Assembly: GCA_964473915.1 (NCBI GenBank)
Contig: CAYYRK010000003.1
Location: forward strand, 1 to 40,220
Direction: 5' to 3'
Length of the DNA: 40,220 nucleotides
From: an uncultured Pseudomonadales bacterium
GTDB lineage: Bacteria; Pseudomonadota; Gammaproteobacteria; Pseudomonadales; IMCC2047
This document shows, in pieces, positions 29,408-39,744 of this stretch. Numbering within the stretch: the stretch's first letter is position 1; each line of letters begins with the position of its first letter. Below the pieces are notes generated by a model. It saw nothing but the letters and a program-made list of their open reading frames with translations. It was not told the origin of the DNA and searched no databases. The position numbers and the translations under genes are program-made.

Positions 29408-29590
29408 CTAAGTTGATTAGCTGCACCTGGCAGCTATTTTATAATTCAAAACCCCCGCATTGTAACTTCTAAAGTTACTGGCGTCAGCCGTTGAATAGCG
29501 TGCAACAAAAAAACAGCCCGGATGATCTATTAACTGAGCAAAAAGAGAGCTCGTTGACCACTAGCTTTATCAGTGTTCGCTTCATTGCGA

Positions 29591-30400
29591 TCAACGTTCA
29601 CAGTTTAATTTTGCCTCCTGCCATCTGCTCTCAAACTGTTCAAGGCTTATATTTTCCAGCTCGTCACCCGCCGCCTTGACACTCATCTCTATATTATTAA
29701 ACCTGCGTTCGAACTTGTGATTGGCTTCACGCAATGCTGCCTCAGGATCAACACCTAAATGCCGCGCAATATTGACACAGGTAAAGAGCAGGTCGCCAAG
29801 CTCCTCTTCCTCGGCCCTCTTTGAACCGGCCTTAATCGCCTGCTCAAGCTCAGCTTTTTCTTCATCCAATTTTTTGAAAACCCCGCCAATAGCAGGCCAA
29901 TCAAAACCAACACTGGCCGCCCGCTTCTGCAACTTACTGGCACGACTCAACGCCGGGAGAGCTTGGGGTATATCATCTAAAATACTCTCTTTGTTCCTGG
30001 CATTACGCTCCAATTGCTTGATCTCATCCCATCTTTTCCCTAGCTGCTGTTCATCACAAACAGGGGCTGTTCCAGCAGACTCCAGGCTGCCATCCGGAAA
30101 GACATGGGGGTGGCGTCGCAGTAATTTTTCAACCAGCACACAGGTGATATCCGTAAAATCAAACTGAGCTTGCTCCTGAGCAATTTGCGCATAAAATACC
30201 ACCTGAAAGAGCAGATCACCCAACTCCTGCTTGATCTCATCGAAGTCTCCGCCTGCTATTGCCTCCGCCACCTCATAGGCCTCCTCAATCGTACAGGGAA
30301 CCAGCGAGTCTAATGTTTGCTTTTTGTCCCATGGACAACCGTAATCAGGGTGACGTAACTCACTCATCAAGTGCAGTAAATCTTCAATCTGATAGGTCAT
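29591..30400 (-). CDS. mazG: nucleoside triphosphate pyrophosphohydrolase
   Basis: 269 aa with two tandem MazG domains (EEAYEVAEAI...ELGDLLFQVV and ELGDLLFTCVNIARHLG). It lies downstream of relA, as in E. coli and Pseudomonas. Confidence 0.9.
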   Translation of the reverse strand: MTYQIEDLLHLMSELRHPDYGCPWDKKQTLDSLVPCTIEEAYEVAEAIAGGDFDEIKQELGDLLFQVVFYAQIAQEQAQFDFTDITCVLVEKLLRRHPHVFPDGSLESAGTAPVCDEQQLGKRWDEIKQLERNARNKESILDDIPQALPALSRASKLQKRAASVGFDWPAIGGVFKKLDEEKAELEQAIKAGSKRAEEEELGDLLFTCVNIARHLGVDPEAALREANHKFERRFNNIEMSVKAAGDELENISLEQFESRWQEAKLNCER

Positions 30401-30406
30401 TTTTCG

Positions 30407-32656
30407 CTACCCACCCTGTCTGTAACGTTTAGCTTCAAAAACATTAGGCAGCTGGCTGATCTTAGTCAGTACTTTTCCGAGCGCAACAAGATTGGGAACT
30501 TCGATCGTCAATTTTAATTCAACAAGATTATTCTGACCGTCTGTTTCTGAACGGACGTTGGTCACATTGACCGCTTCATCCACCAGTATTGCGGTCACAT
30601 CCAGCAACAATCCCTGCCGGTCAAACGCCTGTATTAGCACATCTACCGGATAATTGACTTCGACTTTATTCCCCCATTGCACATCAATTATGCGCCCGGG
30701 CTCATCCTTAGCCAATTTGACTACGTTAATACAATCGCTACGGTGGATTGACATCCCTCGCCCTACAGTAATATACCCGATACAATCATCTCCGGGTACA
30801 GGCTTGCAACAGCCCGCCAGATTGGAAAGAAGGTTCCCCACTCCCTGACATTGAAGGTCATAGGCCAGATCCTCTGTAGAGGGGCCTGACGGTAGTTTCA
30901 ACTTAAGTTGATCCTGTTTTAGTGGCGTAGCCAACTGCGTCTGAGCTGCACCCAAAACCTGAGCTATTCTTAAATAGCCCGCACCCGTAGCGCTGAACAT
31001 ATCGTCTGCATTCTTATAGTTCACATCAATAGCCAGCCTGTCCAGATCAAGGGATCTGATGGCCAGGCGTTTGATCTCACGCTCAATCATAGCGCGCCCT
31101 GCCTGAATGTTTTTATCCCGGTCCTGCGCCTTAAACCAATGCTGAATCTTGGTGCGAGTACGTGAAGCAGCAACATAGCCCAGCGCCGAATTTAACCAGT
31201 CCCTGCTAGGCGAACCATTTTTTGAAGTCAGTATCTCCAGGTGGTCGCCCGTTTGCAGCTGGTAATTAAGTGGTACAATATGGCCATTAGCTTTGCAGCC
31301 TTGGCAGTGATGCCCCACTTCGGTGTGCACCCGATACGCAAAGTCAATCGGCGTAGCACCATGGGGCAGATCGACAATATGTCCTGCCGGTGTGAATACG
31401 TAGACTCGGTCAGAGGTTATGTCGATCTCAAGTTCTTCCGCCAGTGATTGCAGGTCGCCCACTTCATCATGCCACTTCAGCACATGACGTAACCAACTAA
31501 TTTTTTCTTCGTACCCTCTGGCACTATTATCTGTATCAGTACCCTTGTAGCTCCAGTGTGAACAGACACCAAACTCGGCATTTTCATGCATCTCATGGGT
31601 ACGAATCTGAATCTCCATCCCCTTCCCTTCCGGACCAAAAACTGCAGTATGCAGTGACCTGTATCCGTTACGTTTAGGCATCGCTATATAGTCATCAAAT
31701 TCTTGAGGTATATGACGCCATATTTCATGCACCACTCCCAGCGTGGCATAGCAATCTCTGACCTGTGGAACCAGCACCCGCAATGCACGAACATCATAAA
31801 CCTGATCGAAATCAATTTTCTTATGCTGCATCTTGCGCCAGATACTGTAAATATGCTTAACCCGCCCGGTCACTACTGCGTCAATCTGATTTTCACGCAG
31901 CCTGGATTCCAGCACATGAACAACTTCAGAGATATAACGCTCCCTGTCCAGGCGCCGTTCATCAAGAAGCTTGGCGACCACTTTGTATTTGTCTGGAGAA
32001 AGGTAGCGAAAAGAAACATCCTCCAGCTCCCATTTTATGTGCCCGATGCCCAGGCGGTGGGCCAGCGGCGCATAGATATCAAAAACCTCCCGGGCAATTT
32101 TTTGTTTACGAGATTCCTGTGCATTTTTGACCGCCCTGATCGCCCAGGTTCTTTCTGCCAGCTTGATCAGGGCAACCCGTACATCATCAACCATTGCGAC
32201 CAGCATCTTGCGAACATTATCTATTTGGCGCTGAGTATCACCTAACACTACCTTGTGTTGCGATTGCTGCACTGCAGTGATAGCTGCCATCTGCTGTACG
32301 CCCTCGATCAGATGGGCAACTTTGATCCCAAAATCTCGCCGTACGCTATCCAACGGCAGTTTTCGCTCCCTGACTGCCCGGTAAAGAACGCCTGCCACCA
32401 GTGTTTCACTGTCCTGTTTAAGGTCGACCAGAATTTCAGCTATCTCAAGCCCCGCAAAATAACAATTTCCCCAGGCATCACTGTGATAACTGCCAGCCTC
32501 CCTGTTTAATGCCGCTTTTTCTGCAACCGCACAGGCCTGCTTGACAGCCTCAACACTCTGGCCACCAAGCTCTTGCTGTAACCGTTCCAGCCAGGCCTCA
32601 ATGTTGAGGCTTTCTTCCGTTTTGAGCGGTTGATATTCTCTAACCTGAACCATCAA
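30407..32656 (-). CDS. relA: GTP pyrophosphokinase ((p)ppGpp synthetase I)
   Basis: 749 aa with a RelA/SpoT synthetase core (YRSLHTAV, EIQIRT), TGS and ACT-like C-terminal domains. The N-terminal hydrolase-like region lacks the HD signature, consistent with RelA rather than SpoT. Confidence 0.92.
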   Translation of the reverse strand: MMVQVREYQPLKTEESLNIEAWLERLQQELGGQSVEAVKQACAVAEKAALNREAGSYHSDAWGNCYFAGLEIAEILVDLKQDSETLVAGVLYRAVRERKLPLDSVRRDFGIKVAHLIEGVQQMAAITAVQQSQHKVVLGDTQRQIDNVRKMLVAMVDDVRVALIKLAERTWAIRAVKNAQESRKQKIAREVFDIYAPLAHRLGIGHIKWELEDVSFRYLSPDKYKVVAKLLDERRLDRERYISEVVHVLESRLRENQIDAVVTGRVKHIYSIWRKMQHKKIDFDQVYDVRALRVLVPQVRDCYATLGVVHEIWRHIPQEFDDYIAMPKRNGYRSLHTAVFGPEGKGMEIQIRTHEMHENAEFGVCSHWSYKGTDTDNSARGYEEKISWLRHVLKWHDEVGDLQSLAEELEIDITSDRVYVFTPAGHIVDLPHGATPIDFAYRVHTEVGHHCQGCKANGHIVPLNYQLQTGDHLEILTSKNGSPSRDWLNSALGYVAASRTRTKIQHWFKAQDRDKNIQAGRAMIEREIKRLAIRSLDLDRLAIDVNYKNADDMFSATGAGYLRIAQVLGAAQTQLATPLKQDQLKLKLPSGPSTEDLAYDLQCQGVGNLLSNLAGCCKPVPGDDCIGYITVGRGMSIHRSDCINVVKLAKDEPGRIIDVQWGNKVEVNYPVDVLIQAFDRQGLLLDVTAILVDEAVNVTNVRSETDGQNNLVELKLTIEVPNLVALGKVLTKISQLPNVFEAKRYRQGG

Positions 32657-32683
32657 TCAATTTCCGTATTACAGGTGGTTAAA

Positions 32684-34012
32684 TTACTGGCAAGTCAATA
32701 TGGCAATTGATTCAACATGAGTGGTATGCGGGAACATATCCATCACGCCAGCAGCATCCAGACTATAGCCCTGGTCGCTTAACACCCCCACATCTCTTGC
32801 CAGAGTTGCCGGATTACAGGACACATAGACTATTTTTTCGGGTCGCAGTTCTTTCATGACGCTAACCACCTCGAGCGCGCCTGTCCGGGGAGGATCTATA
32901 AGCAGCTTGTTATAACGCTTATTGAACCACGGCGCCCCCTGAATCGACTTAAACAGATCGGCAGCATAAAACTCGACATTTTCCAGCTTGTTAAGCGCTG
33001 CATTTTCATAGCCTCTCTCCACCATAGCCGCGCTCCCCTCAACGCCCGTCACGTGGGCTCCAGATCTGGCCAAAGGCAGAGTAAAATTACCTAACCCGCA
33101 AAACAGATCTAAAATCCTGTCTTCTGGCTGTGGAGACAGATAACTCACCGCCCGAGAAACCACCTGTTTGTTAATGTGGGGATTGACCTGAGTAAAATCC
33201 ATCACATGAAAACGCATCTCCAACCCAAATTCATCCAGCGCATAACTTAGCCGTTCATTGTTATCATCCGGCCATATTTTATGTACAGTATCCACCCCAC
33301 CTGGCTGCAAATAAATGTGGATATTTCTGTGTTTGCCAAATTCGACAAGCGCGGCTTGATCGTTCTCTGTCAGCGGCTCGAGATGACGAAACACCAGAGC
33401 AGCTTCAGAATCACCCATTGCCACTTCAATTTGGGGAATCAACCGGTACGCATCCAGTGTTCCCAGAAGCAGTCTCAGGTTGATTATTTCACTACCAATA
33501 CGCCTGTCCATGACGGGGCATTGTTCGATGTCGGCAATAAAACTGTTGCCTTTCTCACGAAATCCGACCAGCACCTCCTCTCGCTTAACCACATAACGCA
33601 CACCAAGGCGCGCCTTGCGGCGATAACCGTAGTAAGGTCCGGTGACTGGGGGTAATATTTTATCGGGTTTTAGTCCGCCAAAATGCTCCAACTGCTCAAG
33701 CAAAACAGCCTGTTTCAGGCTGATCTGTTCGGCCGCATCCAGGTGTTGCTGACTACAACCTCCACACCTGTCAGCACTCAGGCATTGGGGCTCGACTCTC
33801 GATGGTGATGCGCGCAACACCTGCTGCACTCGACCCTCATCAAATCGTTTGCGCCGCCGAGTTATCTCAGCCAAAACCTGCTCACCAGGTAGTGCGCCCT
33901 GAATAAAAACCCGCTTACCCTCTCGCCGGGCCAGACCACGGCCATCATGACTGATGCCGTCTATTTCCAGCTCTAGCTGTTCGCTTACCCTCTGTACTCT
34001 TCTTCTCGCCAT
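32684..34012 (-). CDS. rlmD: 23S rRNA (uracil1939-C5)-methyltransferase
   Basis: 442 aa with an N-terminal TRAM domain, an Fe-S cysteine cluster (C..CGGC...C), SAM motif DLFCGLGNF and catalytic YVSCNPATL. Confidence 0.9.
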   Translation of the reverse strand: MARRRVQRVSEQLELEIDGISHDGRGLARREGKRVFIQGALPGEQVLAEITRRRKRFDEGRVQQVLRASPSRVEPQCLSADRCGGCSQQHLDAAEQISLKQAVLLEQLEHFGGLKPDKILPPVTGPYYGYRRKARLGVRYVVKREEVLVGFREKGNSFIADIEQCPVMDRRIGSEIINLRLLLGTLDAYRLIPQIEVAMGDSEAALVFRHLEPLTENDQAALVEFGKHRNIHIYLQPGGVDTVHKIWPDDNNERLSYALDEFGLEMRFHVMDFTQVNPHINKQVVSRAVSYLSPQPEDRILDLFCGLGNFTLPLARSGAHVTGVEGSAAMVERGYENAALNKLENVEFYAADLFKSIQGAPWFNKRYNKLLIDPPRTGALEVVSVMKELRPEKIVYVSCNPATLARDVGVLSDQGYSLDAAGVMDMFPHTTHVESIAILTCQ

Positions 34013-34257
34013 AAGCTCCTACTGATTCCTGTCTATTGATTTGCCTGGAGGCGTATGATGTTCATTTTTCTACAACTCGAACCACTGCCATAACCTAAAA
34101 TTATCCCAACCACGCATGCTACAGGATTTACCGCCCAGGGCTTTAGTGAAGACAGAGGAAGATGGCGCTAATCTGGCTGGGGTAACTGATTTTGCGTCGC
34201 AAAGGCTGCCTGTTTCCATGAAGATGTTGAGACAATCTCAGTGAAGAGCATTAGTGG

Positions 34258-35202
34258 TTATGAAAAAACACCCGTAGAAAGATAGCGGTCACCACGATCA
34301 CAAATGATCGCCACAATAACTGCATTATCCACCTCCTGGGCCACGCTGAGCGCACCCAACACCGCGCCGCCAGAGGATACTCCGCAAAAAATCCCCTCCT
34401 GTCTGGCAAGTTTGCGCATGGTGTCTTCGGCTTCTTCCTGGGAAATATCCATAACCCGATCTACTCTTGAGTCATCATATATCTTCGGCATATAGGCTGT
34501 CGGCCAGCGCCGAATCCCAGGAATACTGGACCCATCCTGTGGCTGCAAACCGATGATTTGAATCTCAGGATTTTTTTCCTTGAGGAACCGGGAAACACCC
34601 ATGATGGTCCCGGTGGTACCCATGGAACAGATGAAATGCGTAATTTGCCCCCGGGTCTGCCGCCATATTTCTCGGCCTGTTGTTTCATAATGGGCTTGCG
34701 GATTATCCATATTGCCGAACTGGTCAAGTACAATTCCCTCGCCCTCGTCGCGCATTTTTTCAGCAAGATCCCGCGCACCTTCCATACCCGCCTCTTTGCT
34801 CACCAAAATAAGTTCAGCACCATATGCAGACATGGCCGCACGACGCTCTTCACTCATATGATCAGGCATGATCAGCAGCATACGGTAACCCTTGATCGCT
34901 GCGGCCATGGCCAACGCTATGCCTGTATTGCCACTGGTAGCCTCAATCAGGGTATCACCTGGCTTGATTGTACCGCGCTGTTCAGCCCGATTGATCATGT
35001 TCAACGCCGGCCTATCCTTGACCGAGCCTGCGGGGTTATTCCCCTCCAATTTGACCAAAATGGTATTGCTGGTGTTTTCACCAAGACGCTGCAACCGCAC
35101 CAAAGGCGTTTCACCTACACAACTTTCCACGGTGGGGAAGGCTTTTACCCCCCTGTCATCAGCATTATTCCTGGCTATCTTTTTATTCACAATCAAACTC
35201 AC
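34258..35202 (-). CDS. cysM: cysteine synthase B (O-acetylserine sulfhydrylase B)
   Basis: GETPLVRLQRL, KLEGNNPAGSVKDRPA (PLP lysine) and GTTGTIMGVSRFLKE. The start is uncertain: a GTG at 35202 without SD, with alternative in-frame TTG/GTG codons just downstream. Confidence 0.9.
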   Translation of the reverse strand: MSLIVNKKIARNNADDRGVKAFPTVESCVGETPLVRLQRLGENTSNTILVKLEGNNPAGSVKDRPALNMINRAEQRGTIKPGDTLIEATSGNTGIALAMAAAIKGYRMLLIMPDHMSEERRAAMSAYGAELILVSKEAGMEGARDLAEKMRDEGEGIVLDQFGNMDNPQAHYETTGREIWRQTRGQITHFICSMGTTGTIMGVSRFLKEKNPEIQIIGLQPQDGSSIPGIRRWPTAYMPKIYDDSRVDRVMDISQEEAEDTMRKLARQEGIFCGVSSGGAVLGALSVAQEVDNAVIVAIICDRGDRYLSTGVFS

Positions 35203-35305
35203 TATCTTTATTTATCGAGTAGATGAGCATCATCTCAAAATACTAAATTTTCCTAATACTACAGGGCTATGGTACTTTCAGCCGGGGGTTAGCGAAAAAT
35301 ACTCT

Positions 35306-35328
35306 GAGAGCTTTGCACGAGAGCCATT
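35306..35328 (+). repeat. solo terminal repeat of the 139-bp element family (22/23 identical to the 24798-24820 end of copy B)
   Basis: GAGAGCTTTGCACGAGAGCCATT compared with GAGACCTTTGCACGAGAGCCATT. No matching opposite end occurs within 200 bp. It lies in the pdxJ-cysM intergenic region. Confidence 0.5.
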
Positions 35329-35372
35329 AATCATACCTACCTCAAACATCAGCCCTGATCAAATGTTGTTAA

Positions 35373-36119
35373 TCAGCCACTTCTCGCCGCTTCCAGCATC
35401 AACTGTTTCATCTCTCTAACTGCCGGTTTAAACCCCGTAAAGAGAGCCCTGGAGATAATGGAGTGTCCAATATTTAGCTCATTAATACCCGGGATTGCAG
35501 CGATAGGCTCTACATTATGATAACAAAGCCCATGCCCTGCGTTTACGATTAGCCCCAACGACAGAGCGTGCCCGACCCCCAGGACAATTCGTTCAAGCTC
35601 CTGTTTTTGCATCGTTTCATTCGGTGCATCCGCATAGTGGCCAGTATGAATCTCGATGGCTGGGGCCCTGCATCTGGCTGCAGCTTCAATCTGCAAAGGG
35701 TCAGGGTCGATAAAAAGAGAGACCTCTGCACCCATCTGAGTTAATTGCTTGGTGATTTCTGCCATTCTCAACGCCTGCGATACCACATCCAGACCGCCCT
35801 CAGTCGTGAGTTCCTCACGGCGCTCTGGCACCAGACATATATGCGCTGGTTTTACTTTTTTGGCAAAGGCTACCATCTCATCAGTAGCGGCCATTTCCAG
35901 ATTCATGCGAGTCAATAATACGGCTCCCAGTGCAAGCACATCCCGTTCCTGGACATGCCGCCGATCCTCTCGAAGGTGCAGGGTGATACCATCTGCTCCT
36001 GCCTCCTCAGCCTCTATAGCTGCCTGAACAGGATCAGGATAACGAGTCCCTCTTGCCTGCCTTAAGGTTGCCACATGATCAATATTGACACCCAGCAATA
36101 TTCTATTTTTATTATTCAT
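35373..36119 (-). CDS. pdxJ: pyridoxine 5'-phosphate synthase
   Basis: [27 protein letters not shown] and ELNIGHSII. It overlaps the recO stop by 4 nt. Confidence 0.95.
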   Translation of the reverse strand: MNNKNRILLGVNIDHVATLRQARGTRYPDPVQAAIEAEEAGADGITLHLREDRRHVQERDVLALGAVLLTRMNLEMAATDEMVAFAKKVKPAHICLVPERREELTTEGGLDVVSQALRMAEITKQLTQMGAEVSLFIDPDPLQIEAAARCRAPAIEIHTGHYADAPNETMQKQELERIVLGVGHALSLGLIVNAGHGLCYHNVEPIAAIPGINELNIGHSIISRALFTGFKPAVREMKQLMLEAARSG

Positions 36120-36862
36120 CGACCCTGCCTTCGTTGTTGAATAAAAAGTTTTCGGCTGTTTAACACCCGCCCGCCCAAGAGGGGAGCCAATGCCAGGCGC
36201 ATCAATCTTTTAGCCGCTGGAAAAATTTTCTGATCTGAATAATCACCTTTGGAGATGGCAGACAACTCCGTGCTGGTAAAGTAGCGCGCACTGTCGCCAA
36301 TTTCTGCTGTGCTGTGCACCGCAATAAAAGTACCTCCCACATCGTAACAATATTTTTCTACCCTGGGGGCAGAAGGATGCCGGCCATTGGAACTATTTTC
36401 AACAGTAGATGTTTCTGGAAAGGAGATTGCGTAACCCAGTTGTTCAAGCAGATTCAACTCAAATGTCCGCAATACAGGCTGAACCTGTGTTGTCTGGGCT
36501 ATGGCCGCAATCACGTGCTCATACAGAATAAAGATTTGCTCACAGCCATCCTGGCCACCCAGCAGCCGCATCAGCAGCTCATTCAGATAGAGGCCACTAA
36601 AAAGGGCGTCACCCTCTAACCTGATGCAGGCATGCTCCTCGGCCGACTTTAGAGTCTTAAGCTCCCCCTTACCGTACCAGGAAACGGCCAATCGCCTGAA
36701 GGGCTGTAAACAGTACCGTAAACCAGACCTTGGCCCGCTTGCTCCACGCGCTACAACGCTAAGACGACCGTAATCCGGGGTTAAAAGATCGACCAACAAA
36801 CTGGTCTCGCGATAATGTCGACTATGCAGCACATAGGCCGGTTGCAGATCAACTTTTACCAC
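36116..36862 (-). CDS. recO: DNA repair protein RecO
   Basis: 248 aa with [23 protein letters not shown] start. It sits in the conserved era-recO-pdxJ order. Confidence 0.88.
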   Translation of the reverse strand: MVKVDLQPAYVLHSRHYRETSLLVDLLTPDYGRLSVVARGASGPRSGLRYCLQPFRRLAVSWYGKGELKTLKSAEEHACIRLEGDALFSGLYLNELLMRLLGGQDGCEQIFILYEHVIAAIAQTTQVQPVLRTFELNLLEQLGYAISFPETSTVENSSNGRHPSAPRVEKYCYDVGGTFIAVHSTAEIGDSARYFTSTELSAISKGDYSDQKIFPAAKRLMRLALAPLLGGRVLNSRKLFIQQRRQGR

Positions 36863-36912
36863 AAGGTATCACTGTTAAGGCTGTATCAGCACCGCCTGAG
36901 AATAGCCTGTGG

Positions 36913-37818
36913 CTAGCTTTCATGGTAACCCAGACTACGCAGGCTTCTTTCATTGTCTGCCCAGCCTGTTTTTACTTTGACCCAAAGGTGTAACATCACC
37001 TTTACACCAAATAACCGCTCCATATCAATTCTTGCATCGCGGCCTATCTGCTTCAACTGCTCCCCCCGATGGCCAATGATGATCCTTTTCTGTCCATCTC
37101 TTTCTACGAGAATCAATGCCCGGATACGCAGCAGCTTACCTTCATGTTTGAACTGTTCTATTTCAACCGTAATCTGGTAAGGCACCTCATCTCCCAGGCG
37201 CCGCATAATTTTTTCCCGGACCATCTCAGACGCAAGAAACCGCTCACTGCGATCAGTTATCTGGTCTTCTGGAAAGTAATGCACGCCCTTAGGAAGCCGC
37301 TCGACTATCAGTTTCTCCAATCTATCAAGATTATCACCCCTGCGCGCACAGGTCGGTACAATTTCAGCAAATTCAAATTTCTTGGAGAGCATCTCTATTA
37401 ACGGAAGCAACCGCGCCTGCTCCTGCAATAGATCAACCTTATTGACCACCGCAATAACTGGAGATCGACACTGCCTGACTTTGTCCAGCACCAGTTCGTC
37501 TTCATCGGTCCAGACATCTCTTTCAACCACCATAATAACCAGATCCACATCTCGCAACGCACTCGATGCCTGGCTATTCATATAGTGATTCAGTGCTTCT
37601 TTGCGCTCTCGGTGTAACCCTGGGGTATCAATATAGATGGCCTGCACATCACCACAAGTCTTGACTCCAAGTATTTTGTGCCGGGTTGTTTGTGGTTTGC
37701 GAGAGGTGATGCTTATCTTCTGACCCAGTATTCTATTGAGCAGGGTAGACTTGCCCACATTGGGTCGACCTACAATGGCGATATAGCCGGAACGCGAATT
37801 TTCTTTATCCATCATCAT
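36913..37818 (-). CDS. era: GTPase Era
   Basis: [20 protein letters not shown] and NKVD, plus a C-terminal KH domain. Confidence 0.95.
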   Translation of the reverse strand: MMMDKENSRSGYIAIVGRPNVGKSTLLNRILGQKISITSRKPQTTRHKILGVKTCGDVQAIYIDTPGLHRERKEALNHYMNSQASSALRDVDLVIMVVERDVWTDEDELVLDKVRQCRSPVIAVVNKVDLLQEQARLLPLIEMLSKKFEFAEIVPTCARRGDNLDRLEKLIVERLPKGVHYFPEDQITDRSERFLASEMVREKIMRRLGDEVPYQITVEIEQFKHEGKLLRIRALILVERDGQKRIIIGHRGEQLKQIGRDARIDMERLFGVKVMLHLWVKVKTGWADNERSLRSLGYHES

Positions 37819-37842
37819 GGGGATAACTCATCATTTTTTCAA

Positions 37843-38514
37843 TTAATCAATTGCATCCAATGCCTTTTGTGCAGCCACCTGCTCTGCTTGCCGCCGACTG
37901 CTACCTCTACCAACAACTGGTGCGGCCAACAGATCAATCTCGCATATGATTTCAAATACCTGTTCATGCTCCTTACCAAAAGTAGCTCGAATACTGTACT
38001 TTGGCAGCGTCTGCTGACGCGCCTGACAAAACTCCTGCAATCTTGTTTTGGCGTCCTTGAGGTTATCTGTCAAAGAGAGTTTTTCTAAACGCTCATCAAA
38101 CCAGGCCAATAATCTTAATTTGCAAGCCTCCACACCGGAGTCCAAAAAAATTGCACCTATAATCGCTTCAAGTCCATCAGCAAGAATGGATTCGCGCCGA
38201 TGACCTCCGCTTTTTAACTCACCCGGCCCCAAACGCATATATTGACCAAGATCAAAGTTAAGTGCTACCTGAGCCAATGTCGTACCCTTCACCAGTCCGG
38301 CCCGAAGTCGGCTTAGCTGGCCCTCTTTAGCCTGTGGAAAACGATGGTAGAGCGTGTCTGCGATCACCCAGCCCAAAACAGAATCACCCAGAAATTCCAA
38401 CCGTTCATTATTATGCTTGCCATAACTGCTATGGGTAAGCGCCTGCTGTAGAAGCGCCACATCTTTAAACTGGTAGCCCAGTTTTCGGCTCAGTCTTTCC
38501 AGCGATTGCTTCAC
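37843..38514 (-). CDS. rnc: ribonuclease III
   Basis: NERLEFLGDSVL signature and a C-terminal dsRBD. Confidence 0.95.
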   Translation of the reverse strand: MKQSLERLSRKLGYQFKDVALLQQALTHSSYGKHNNERLEFLGDSVLGWVIADTLYHRFPQAKEGQLSRLRAGLVKGTTLAQVALNFDLGQYMRLGPGELKSGGHRRESILADGLEAIIGAIFLDSGVEACKLRLLAWFDERLEKLSLTDNLKDAKTRLQEFCQARQQTLPKYSIRATFGKEHEQVFEIICEIDLLAAPVVGRGSSRRQAEQVAAQKALDAID

Positions 38515-38879
38515 AAACGCTCAACATGCTGATGGTTAAACCTGGCGACAATATCCAGGTTATAAATTAGCGGCACTCTTGCCTCATAGTTAATCTCTAT
38601 CCGTAACTCCTTAGAGCCTTTAACGATAGTAATTTCATCATCTGCAAGTTCACGCGCATAGTCTGCCGACAGACGTCTATCCAGTAATTTACGTATCTGT
38701 CTTTTTTTCGCATAAGCGAGTTTTGAGTCTTCACCCAATGCTTTAAGGGCTTTGCCAATTGCATAATCGTCCACATAAATGGGTACGATCTTCATGGCTA
38801 ACAGCATGCTCCCTACTACTAAAATCACCACACAGAGCATACCCAGCATTGTCATTCCAGCTTCAGATCTGGCCACCAT
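38511..38879 (-). CDS. DUF4845-like small membrane-anchored protein conserved between lepB and rnc
   Basis: 122 aa with a single N-terminal TM helix. It occupies the same position as the hypothetical gene between lepB and rnc that I recall in Pseudomonas, and overlaps the rnc start by 4 nt. Confidence 0.7.
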   Translation of the reverse strand: MVARSEAGMTMLGMLCVVILVVGSMLLAMKIVPIYVDDYAIGKALKALGEDSKLAYAKKRQIRKLLDRRLSADYARELADDEITIVKGSKELRIEINYEARVPLIYNLDIVARFNHQHVERL

Positions 38880-38933
38880 TTGCTTTCCTCTCCTGCGTCA
38901 GCTACGACTTTAAAGTTGAATAACTCTAAAATT

Positions 38934-39743
38934 TTAGTCTATCGCACCCACATTGGCAAAACCGGGAACACTCCAAAATTTGTTCCAGTGCATCCAAATA
39001 AGGCTCGCTTTGCCAACCACCAACTCATCTGGCACAAAGCCCCAATAACGGCTGTCGTTACTATTATCGCGGTTATCACCCATAACAAAATAGTGCCCTT
39101 GTGGCACCAGCCACTCTCCAGATTTTATTGATGGCCCAATATTTCGATAGATCTGATGCTGGCTATCATCCAACTGCTCGTCCCAAACCTGATATTTTGG
39201 TGCCAGTGGTGGCAGTTGTGCCACCAGCTGCTGAGGCATCAGTTGACCATTGATATAGATCTGTTTGTTCTGATAAGCAACCGTGTCCCCAGATACGCCA
39301 ACGACCCGCTTAATAAAATTAATTTTATGATTACCCGGAAATTTGAAGACGATCACATCACCACGCTCCGGGTTATTCAGCGGGATTACCTTGGTGCCCA
39401 AAACCGGCAGACGCAAGCCATAGGTATATTTATTAACCAGAATGAAATCACCTATTTTTAGTGTCGGCAACATCGAACCGGAGGGGATCTGAAAGGGCTC
39501 GTATAAAAAGGATCTCAGCACCAGAACCACAAACAGCACGGGGAAAAAAGATTTGGCGTATTCAACAAGGATAGGTTCTTTGCGAGGCTCACCCTCTGTT
39601 AGGCTTTTATTTGAAGCTGCTATTGCCGTTTTATTCGGGGATAGCCTGGCCCTTCTGGGTGCCAGTATCAACAGATCCAGCAACCAGGTACCTCCGGTGA
39701 CAAATACCGCGGCCACCAGTATCAGGGGAAAATCAAGATCCAT
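38934..39743 (-). CDS. lepB: signal peptidase I
   Basis: 269 aa with the catalytic IPSGSMLPTL (Ser) and KRVVG (Lys) boxes and GDNRDNSNDSRYWGFV. Confidence 0.93.
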   Translation of the reverse strand: MDLDFPLILVAAVFVTGGTWLLDLLILAPRRARLSPNKTAIAASNKSLTEGEPRKEPILVEYAKSFFPVLFVVLVLRSFLYEPFQIPSGSMLPTLKIGDFILVNKYTYGLRLPVLGTKVIPLNNPERGDVIVFKFPGNHKINFIKRVVGVSGDTVAYQNKQIYINGQLMPQQLVAQLPPLAPKYQVWDEQLDDSQHQIYRNIGPSIKSGEWLVPQGHYFVMGDNRDNSNDSRYWGFVPDELVVGKASLIWMHWNKFWSVPGFANVGAID

Positions 39744-39744
39744 A

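Noticed and set aside
34190-34204. Palindrome TTTGCG-T-CGCAAA followed by GG in the cysM-rlmD spacer, which partly resembles the repeat core CCTTTGCA/TGCAAAGG.
   Set aside because: Only about 9 of 14 positions match the element end. There is no flanking similarity and no partner. It may be an operator for an unknown regulator, but I cannot support that from one copy.
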